DNA of 64,000 nucleotides from a virus (Duplodnaviria; Caudoviricetes): IMG/VR virus record IMGVR_UViG_3300028603_000005, positions 1 to 64,000 of that record; one strand, 5' to 3'. Shown piece by piece: positions 57,458 to 64,000 of this stretch (position 1 is its first letter; each line of letters starts with the position of its first letter). The notes under the pieces were generated by a model. It saw only the letters and a program-made list of their open reading frames with translations, ran no database searches and was not told where the DNA came from. The position numbers and the translations under genes were made by a program.

Positions 57458-57731
57458 AATCTTTCTCCTTTATTTTTAATACTTTATACTTAACATCATC
57501 TTCAACATCTTCAAATGCACAATCTAATTCTTCTTCTAAGCTGTTGATTAGGTCTTGTAATTCTTTTAATGATTCACAGTTGTATACTGTGGTGATATTT
57601 ACTTCAGGCTTACTTGACCTAAGTTCTTTAATTAAGTTCTTTGTTTCTAAAATACTTTCTTTTTTAGGAAGAGCACTAATTAGGTCTTCCAATAAGTCTG
57701 CTAATTTTTCGTTGTTAGTTATATTTGTCAT
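57450..57731 (-). CDS. Hypothetical protein
   Basis: Coupled ORF. Confidence 0.5.
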   Translation of the reverse strand: MTNITNNEKLADLLEDLISALPKKESILETKNLIKELRSSKPEVNITTVYNCESLKELQDLINSLEEELDCAFEDVEDDVKYKVLKIKEKDYE

Positions 57732-58108
57732 TTAAGCTCTTCTATACTTTCTACTAATTTACTAAAGATAATTTCTTTGAAGGCTTCATCATCAATTTGT
57801 GGTGCTCTCTTCATAGACACAACTATTGAGAAATGTGCTGATTCAATACTGTCTAAAATATCAAGTCCTGTATTTCTTTTATCTAACCACTCTGTGTGGT
57901 TATAGATACTTTCTCTGTCTACTAAGACTTTGTTTTCTAAAACATCTCTAAGTAGTTTACTTTTAGCTTTTGCGATAAGTTTAAATACTTCAACATCATC
58001 TTCAGGGAAAACTGTTTCTAAATGTAAGAGCTCTAAATATCTGTTTCTTACATCAAGTTCGTTTTCTTCTATCCACTTTATTTTATCTTCTAATTTTTGA
58101 TATATCAT
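57728..58108 (-). CDS. Hypothetical protein
   Basis: RBS AGGAGG. Confidence 0.55.
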   Translation of the reverse strand: MIYQKLEDKIKWIEENELDVRNRYLELLHLETVFPEDDVEVFKLIAKAKSKLLRDVLENKVLVDRESIYNHTEWLDKRNTGLDILDSIESAHFSIVVSMKRAPQIDDEAFKEIIFSKLVESIEELK

Positions 58109-58119
58109 TTTATTTCCTC

Positions 58120-58779
58120 CTACACCTCATAAACTTCACCGTTTTTAACTTTATAAACTTTGTCTGCTTTCTCAATAACATCTCTGTCATGAGTAACTAT
58201 TACAAAAGTGTAATCTCGTTCTTCAGACAACCACTTTAAAAACTCTAAAACATTATTAAGATAGTCTTTTGAATTTTCATCTTCAGGGTCTATCTTAGAT
58301 ATTTCTTTTAAGCCTTCATCAATAAACATATATTTACTTAGTCCATAGGCTTCTACATAATAGATTTGGAGAAGTAATCCTAATGTAGCTAGGATACCTC
58401 CACCTACTGCATCTAAGATAGGTTGTTCAACACCATCTTCAACTAAAACTAATTCTAATCCAGGTCTTTTACTCTCTTCTTTTAACAGTAGTTTAATCGC
58501 ATAGTTTTTGTCAGTGAATATTCTTTGTAAGGCAAAGGTTAAAAACTGCTCTAAGCTCTCCTTAGATACTTCTACGAGCTTCTCTAATAATAACTTACAA
58601 GCATAAACTACATTAGAGTTTAACTCTTGCTTATTAGTTAGTGAAGTTAGTTCTACTTCTAAGTTATCTTTGGTTTTTTGTAAGGACTTTTTATGTTCTT
58701 TTAAGTGGTTTAGTTTTGATTGAATTTTATCTAACTTGTTTAGTTTACTTTCTATCTCTAAACTACTCATCAGTTTCAT
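58120..58779 (-). CDS. SbcC/gp46-like ATPase, C-terminal half
   Basis: Signature-like VGGG, FIDE Walker B, IVTH. Confidence 0.8.
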   Translation of the reverse strand: MKLMSSLEIESKLNKLDKIQSKLNHLKEHKKSLQKTKDNLEVELTSLTNKQELNSNVVYACKLLLEKLVEVSKESLEQFLTFALQRIFTDKNYAIKLLLKEESKRPGLELVLVEDGVEQPILDAVGGGILATLGLLLQIYYVEAYGLSKYMFIDEGLKEISKIDPEDENSKDYLNNVLEFLKWLSEERDYTFVIVTHDRDVIEKADKVYKVKNGEVYEV

Positions 58780-59023
58780 TTAAGTATACCTCAGCTTCAG
58801 TTAGTTTTTTATTAACAACTTCTATCGCTTTAGCAACCTTTGCTTCTGCTTCTTCTAGAGAAGTAGTTTTAGTTAATTCTAAAACTTGTTGCTCTAAAAC
58901 AACTCTTTGATTAGTTAAGGTGTTAACTGTGGCTTCTGCTTTAGCCCTTTCTATTCTTAACATATCTAAAGTGTTCTTAAGTCTTTCGTAGCGTTGTATT
59001 AAATCTTTATTTGCTGTTGACAT
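58763..59023 (-). CDS. Small coiled-coil protein between the SbcC halves
   Basis: Heptad pattern. Confidence 0.55.
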   Translation of the reverse strand: MSTANKDLIQRYERLKNTLDMLRIERAKAEATVNTLTNQRVVLEQQVLELTKTTSLEEAEAKVAKAIEVVNKKLTEAEVYLNETDE

Positions 59024-59025
59024 CT

Positions 59026-60126
59026 TTAAGCCTCCTTACATTCATCTAAAGTGTTGCCACATAAAGGACATACTTTAAATTCAGACAATTCTTTTTCTAT
59101 CTCAGAGATTGCTTTATCATACTCTGTGAGTTTATTTTCAGTAATACTTATCCTTGAGTTTAACTTATTGATTTCTAAAAATGCTTCATTTGTTTTTTCA
59201 AAACTATCTATCTTATCTTCTAAGCCATGTAAGTAATGTTCTATTCCAGATATCTTATTATTGATAAGTAGTAGTTTATCACTCTCTCTTAATAGGGTGT
59301 TGTGTTGTATATTAATATGTTCTAACTCAGAGCCGATACTCTCAATTAGCTTTATTGATTTATCTAATCCTTTTATTTTAGATTCTACATCAGATATTAT
59401 AGTGTTGTTTTGGTCTACTTTATATTTGGCTTCATCAATTTGTTTATCTATTGATAGTAAGTCATTCTTAATCGTGTTGTGTTTAATGATTAAGTTATAA
59501 AGTGCTTTTAACTCATTTAAGTTAATATCTTCTATTGGTGCTAACTTCTTAATTAAGATATCATTATCTCTGATTTCATTTGTCTTAGAGTTGATTTGAG
59601 CATTGATAATATCAAGTTGTTTAGTGTTATCTTTATACTCTGCTTCTTGAAGGTCTTTTAATGTTGTTACTACTTCTTGCTCTTTAGATTTAGAAATGAA
59701 GTCAAACAACTGATAAGCTGTCCTATCTACTAAGAAAGGTTTATCCATTTGCTTCCAGAAGTTAATTTGAAATCTATCATTGTTAACTTCTACTTCTGGC
59801 ATATTCATTAGCTCTGCTACTTCTGGTAATTGCTTTTGACCTATCTTATTATAAGTTGTTCCATTAACTTGATAGAAAGACTTACCCTGCTTTTTAGACT
59901 TGTTCCAAAGTAAAGTATTGGCTCCAACAGACAGAGAGACTTCAGCGTTATCTGAATCATAGTTAATAAAACTATCTCCACCTTGATTATTAACTGCTCC
60001 TCTAATTGCTCTAATTATGGAAGACTTACCATTGTTGGTACCACCTATGATAGCGTTGACACCTTTGGTGAAGTTTAGCTCTGCTTCTTTAATTGCTTGG
60101 TAATTTTTAATTTTTACTTTCATCAA
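59026..60126 (-). CDS. SbcC/gp46-like ATPase, N-terminal half
   Basis: IKNYQAI, GGTNNGKSS, coiled coil, terminal CPLCG zinc hook. Confidence 0.85.
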   Translation of the reverse strand: MMKVKIKNYQAIKEAELNFTKGVNAIIGGTNNGKSSIIRAIRGAVNNQGGDSFINYDSDNAEVSLSVGANTLLWNKSKKQGKSFYQVNGTTYNKIGQKQLPEVAELMNMPEVEVNNDRFQINFWKQMDKPFLVDRTAYQLFDFISKSKEQEVVTTLKDLQEAEYKDNTKQLDIINAQINSKTNEIRDNDILIKKLAPIEDINLNELKALYNLIIKHNTIKNDLLSIDKQIDEAKYKVDQNNTIISDVESKIKGLDKSIKLIESIGSELEHINIQHNTLLRESDKLLLINNKISGIEHYLHGLEDKIDSFEKTNEAFLEINKLNSRISITENKLTEYDKAISEIEKELSEFKVCPLCGNTLDECKEA

Positions 60127-60140
60127 CTAACCCCTTACTC

Positions 60141-60153
60141 TATACTATAGTGT
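60141..60153 (-). promoter_or_regulatory. ACACTATAGTATA motif upstream of the sbcC-like gene
   Basis: Exact copy. Confidence 0.7.
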
Positions 60154-60172
60154 GTTTTCTTCAAGTTTATAT

Positions 60173-60691
60173 TTAAGGAATAGTTACTGCTAATTCAGGA
60201 AATCTGTAGAGTGTTTCTATACAACTGACTATGTTCCAAAGGAAAGCTGTTTTATGGTCTTCATCATTTTCACCATTAAGGTGTTGAGTTAAGTGTCTTA
60301 ATGCAGAATCAATAAAGACTTCCATAGGTCTACCTTTTTCCCAATCCCTTGCTTCATATTTAGAAGCACCTTTTTCATAAAGGATTGCTAAAGCTTTAAT
60401 TGCTTCAAACTCTGTTTCATACTTTTCAAGAATAAAGAATTTAGCAATCTTAGCTAAGGATTGTATTTTTAAATCTACAACATCGTGTCTATATACAGAA
60501 CTAATCTCACCCATTATATATGAGAATAGGTTAGGTCTATCTTCTATATAGATTTGTCTTATACCAATTTCTAAAACATCTGATAAAGCTCGGTGTGGTA
60601 GTAAGTTATACTTGCCACGACCTTCTACAATTTCTTTAGATGAACCTGTATCAAATACTGTTCTCTGACCTGTATCTTTTAAATCAGTCAT
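60173..60691 (-). CDS. dATP/dGTP diphosphohydrolase domain protein (DUF5664-like)
   Basis: GASKY..RDWEKG......DSALRHL......EDH...LWN. Confidence 0.75.
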   Translation of the reverse strand: MTDLKDTGQRTVFDTGSSKEIVEGRGKYNLLPHRALSDVLEIGIRQIYIEDRPNLFSYIMGEISSVYRHDVVDLKIQSLAKIAKFFILEKYETEFEAIKALAILYEKGASKYEARDWEKGRPMEVFIDSALRHLTQHLNGENDEDHKTAFLWNIVSCIETLYRFPELAVTIP

Positions 60692-60908
60692 AGTAAAACC
60701 TCAACTCTTCCCACTTGGTGATAATCTTTTTATAATCTTCATCTTCAAACTCTCTAATACCGTACTTATTTACTGGCTTCTCCCAAGCATTAAACATAGC
60801 GTTAAACTCATGATAGTTAATGTTCTTTATTAGAGCACCACATAAAAAGAGAAGTTGTTCTTTTAGTTCTTCCTGTGTCATGTATTTAGTAATATCGCTG
60901 TATTGCAT
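60684..60908 (-). CDS. Hypothetical protein
   Basis: Coupled ORF. Confidence 0.5.
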   Translation of the reverse strand: MQYSDITKYMTQEELKEQLLFLCGALIKNINYHEFNAMFNAWEKPVNKYGIREFEDEDYKKIITKWEELRFYYD

Positions 60909-61030
60909 GTTCTATACCTACTTTCCTTTTCTTGCTCTAAGGCGTTCGCTTTCCCTAATAGCCCACTCTCTTCTACGTCTTTGGTCTGATTCTTCTTTTT
61001 CATATTGGCTTTTATAATTATAAACCACCC

Positions 61031-62560
61031 CTATGTTTTCATCCAAAGTAATTCATCTTTCATAAGCTCAATATCTTCTAAACTTACTGGTAATAACTCA
61101 GTAGGTAATAGATTACTTCCACCAACAATGTTTTTGATTGGCACAGAGTTGGCTACTATTCTATTCTTCTTATATGTATCTATAGTGCCTTCTGCCTCTA
61201 AAGTATATACATAGAATTTATCATAAAGTGAATCCATACGAGTAATTCTGCCACACGCCTGAATAAATTGCCTTAAAGCAAAAGGTATTTCATAGAATAT
61301 TAAGTTATTTGCTTTCTGTAGATTTACAGATTCGGTTCCAGCAGAAGTGATTAACACAACACTCTTAGGAGTAATTGCTTTCTCAACTTTCTTTCTAACT
61401 TCTGTTGAAACACTTCCTGAGATTTCAAAGATAGCTTTAATACCTAATTTATCTTTCAATACATTTAGAATATATTTAACTCTTTCTAATGTTTCTATGT
61501 ATGAAAAGTAAATTAAAGTTGCTTCATTTTTATCAAACACTTCTTTCACAGTGCTTATTAGTAAAAGCTCTTTTTCTGTGAGTTGTCTTTTATCAGTTAG
61601 GACTTCAAACTGAGGGTGAGAGTTAGAAACAACTCTCTGTAAATCATGTAATCTGGCAGCGTTATGGTTTTGTTTCTTTCTTAACTTACCAGACTTTAAT
61701 CTTGTTCCACTAAAGATTCCTTCTGCTGCTCTTTTATAAAAAGCTAGGTTAGCAGGAGTTAGTAAAGCTGACCTAAAGATATACTCAACATCATAGTGTT
61801 TAGATTTAATAATACTAATCTCTGAAAATCTTTGTTGAAGGATATCTAAATTTTGATAACCTACTACTCTACTCGTTGTTATCTTTTTACGACTACCACC
61901 TTTAGTTACCCAAATATAATCTTTCTCACTTATCATATACTTGTTTCTAAAAGCGTGTATGTTTCCATGAGAGAAGTTTGGCTGGATTAAGGTTACCATT
62001 CTAAAGAAGCCATCTAAGTCATTTAGAATAGGTGTAGCAGTTAAGAACCACATTCCAATAAACCAAGGACGCATATGATAAACCATTTGATATTGAATAG
62101 TATTTTCATTTTGTAGTGCGTGTGCTTCATCTGCAATCAACCAAAGGTTTTTATGTTTTAATTTCAACTTCTTTAAGGTTTGAAAATAGTAATTATTTTT
62201 AAGCCCTTCTCTAGTAAAGTCTTTACCTACAGTAGAGTAATTAAAGATATGAAATCTAGCATTAGGTTGTGTTTGAGTTTTGGTAGCAGTAAAGATATTA
62301 TAAGCTATTCCAAAGTCTTTCTTAAACGTATCTGTGAAAGCTTTAACTGCACTTCCAGGAAGTAGTAAAGCAAAGTGAATATCATCTTCTTTTCTTTCAA
62401 GTATCTTATGGATAGCAGCAGTTAGTGTAGAATATGTTTTACCAAAACCTGTTTGAGCACAGTTGAAAAAGAAATCATTTTCAAGTAGTTTTTCAACTAT
62501 CTCGTTTTGGTCTTTCGTTAGGATTTTATTTGTCTTAGTCTTTAATGTATAATCTCTCAA
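61031..62560 (-). CDS. SNF2-like superfamily 2 helicase
   Basis: TGFGKT, DEAH, LTATP, ESVNLQ, QACGRITR. Confidence 0.85.
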   Translation of the reverse strand: MRDYTLKTKTNKILTKDQNEIVEKLLENDFFFNCAQTGFGKTYSTLTAAIHKILERKEDDIHFALLLPGSAVKAFTDTFKKDFGIAYNIFTATKTQTQPNARFHIFNYSTVGKDFTREGLKNNYYFQTLKKLKLKHKNLWLIADEAHALQNENTIQYQMVYHMRPWFIGMWFLTATPILNDLDGFFRMVTLIQPNFSHGNIHAFRNKYMISEKDYIWVTKGGSRKKITTSRVVGYQNLDILQQRFSEISIIKSKHYDVEYIFRSALLTPANLAFYKRAAEGIFSGTRLKSGKLRKKQNHNAARLHDLQRVVSNSHPQFEVLTDKRQLTEKELLLISTVKEVFDKNEATLIYFSYIETLERVKYILNVLKDKLGIKAIFEISGSVSTEVRKKVEKAITPKSVVLITSAGTESVNLQKANNLIFYEIPFALRQFIQACGRITRMDSLYDKFYVYTLEAEGTIDTYKKNRIVANSVPIKNIVGGSNLLPTELLPVSLEDIELMKDELLWMKT

Positions 62561-62959
62561 TTAGTTCACTCCATAAATAACATTACCAATCATGTATACT
62601 ACAGTTTTGTAAAAGTCTAATCTTTTACGACCTGCTTCAATCTTACTATCTATTTCTTTAGCCAAAGTGTTTAAGTTGTCTACAGTAGAATCTACTAAGC
62701 GTATATCTTCTCTAGAAACAGCTTTAACTTTGGTGCCATTAAAATAGGCAATTAAAGCAAAACAAGTTGATTTATAATCACTCAACTTTTCGTAGTATAC
62801 TTGGTCGTTTCTATAGTGCGTTCCTAAGACAACCTTATCATTTAATTTTACATAGTCTGGTAGTGTAGTTAGATTGTTTTCTTTTAACCAAGCTCTAACT
62901 TCATTTTTAAAGTCCTCAACTACTTGGACTGTTTCTTTTACTCCCATAAACTCCTCCAC
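62561..62959 (-). CDS. Hypothetical protein
   Basis: Downstream of the motif copy at 62960-62970. Confidence 0.55.
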   Translation of the reverse strand: MEEFMGVKETVQVVEDFKNEVRAWLKENNLTTLPDYVKLNDKVVLGTHYRNDQVYYEKLSDYKSTCFALIAYFNGTKVKAVSREDIRLVDSTVDNLNTLAKEIDSKIEAGRKRLDFYKTVVYMIGNVIYGVN

Positions 62960-62984
62960 ATACTATAGTGAATTTTAACTCTTT

Positions 62985-63953
62985 TTATATAGGCTCCATA
63001 TCAGGAGTTAATTTTAATGTTTCAGGGTCTTGTTTGAAAGCCCAAGCTAATCCCATAGAATTACCTATTTCTAATCCTGAGATAATTGGAACAGGTTTTC
63101 CTGGCATTTCGTGATACATTAAGTCTCCTATTATTTTAACTATCTCTTCTGTGTGTTCTTTAGATACACTAACATTAATCTCATCATGGATTGTATTTAG
63201 AAAGATAGCTTTATCTTTATACTCTGGGTTGTTAAATACTTTATGATAGAGTTTAATTAAAGCTAACTTAGTCATCTCTGCTCCTGCAGATTGAACTGGA
63301 AAGTTATAACTTCTTCTTTTACCTGCATTAGTAATATAACCATACTGAGTAATATAGTTAGACATTCTACGCTTTCTACCATAAAAGTTAACTATCTCTT
63401 GGTGTTCTTGAGCATAGAGGGCAAACTTATCTAAAGTCATTTTAATGTTAGGTAATCCTTCAAAGAACTTATCAATATAACTCTGAGCTTCTTCTTGAGA
63501 TACTTTTAATTGTTCTGCTAAGTTAACTGCTGTAACACCATAAACTAAACCAAAGTTTAAGGTCTTAGCTGCTCTACGCTTATCACTGTCGTAATTCTCT
63601 TTACCCCAGATTGTTTCTGCTGTGGCTCTGTGAATATCTTCACCATTTAAGAAGGCATCAACCCAAGCTTGTTCTAATGATAAGTTAGCTAAGATTCTAA
63701 GCTCTTGACCAGAGAAGTCTCTTGATACCCAATAGTGTCCCTTCTCAGGCAAAAAAGCTCTCCTAAAGTTTAGGTCAGCATCGTTACCTTCTATTTGTCC
63801 TATACTGTCTTCTCTTAAGTCAGTAGTAAATTCATAACCTAAGACTGTGTAGATTGGGTCTGATGTTTCATCAGCTAATCTTACATAGTAATTTTTAGGG
63901 TGTGGTTTAGGCACTTGTTGTATATTTATTTCTGCGAAAAATGCTTTGTCCAA
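62985..63953 (-). CDS. Family A DNA polymerase, C-terminal polymerase portion
   Basis: NIQQVP, DFSGQELRILA (motif A), RRAAKTLNFGLVYG (motif B), NFPVQS, HDEI (motif C). Confidence 0.9.
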   Translation of the reverse strand: MDKAFFAEINIQQVPKPHPKNYYVRLADETSDPIYTVLGYEFTTDLREDSIGQIEGNDADLNFRRAFLPEKGHYWVSRDFSGQELRILANLSLEQAWVDAFLNGEDIHRATAETIWGKENYDSDKRRAAKTLNFGLVYGVTAVNLAEQLKVSQEEAQSYIDKFFEGLPNIKMTLDKFALYAQEHQEIVNFYGRKRRMSNYITQYGYITNAGKRRSYNFPVQSAGAEMTKLALIKLYHKVFNNPEYKDKAIFLNTIHDEINVSVSKEHTEEIVKIIGDLMYHEMPGKPVPIISGLEIGNSMGLAWAFKQDPETLKLTPDMEPI

Positions 63954-64000
63954 ACTATCTACTCCTTAAATTAGTTCCCACTCAACGAAGGCTTTTTTAA

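Noticed and set aside
9-62365. Plus-strand ORFs in the track (e.g. 9-242, 17108-17740, 27868-28179, 38048-38353)
   Set aside because: They are antisense shadows of minus-strand genes with Ser/Leu/Phe-biased composition and no recognisable motifs.
1-64000. Alternative genetic code
   Set aside because: Long conserved genes are intact under code 11, and TGA, TAG and TAA all end genes with tight packing.

Overview
A 64-kb AT-rich piece of a large T4-like (contractile-tailed) phage genome. Essentially all real genes are on the minus strand and use the standard code (TGA is a stop). In transcription order (high to low coordinates): replication/recombination genes (PolA C-terminal part, SNF2 helicase, split SbcC/gp46, RNA ligase, RecA, DnaB, primase Zn domain, SSB, RuvC, sigma-like factor); MetK and three of the four DNA methyltransferases; small early ORFs; neck and portal genes; holin-like genes; an accessory block with a c-di-GMP-I riboswitch and two SipW-type secreted proteins; a reverse transcriptase operon; a fourth methyltransferase; a tmRNA with a cluster of structured RNAs; then prohead protease, major capsid, sheath, tube, tape measure and baseplate genes. 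The most striking item is a stand-alone reverse transcriptase (22563-23765) coupled to an HExxH protein. It is accompanied by four ~200-nt retron-like non-coding units (21253-21458, 23786-23987, 35398-35600, 35625-35794). All four share one covarying stem-loop and the same hairpin order, but each has a different long hairpin, suggesting one RT acting on several ncRNA templates. The host is tentatively an Acholeplasma-like Mollicute or related low-GC Bacillota (inference). All calls were made by eye, without database searches.
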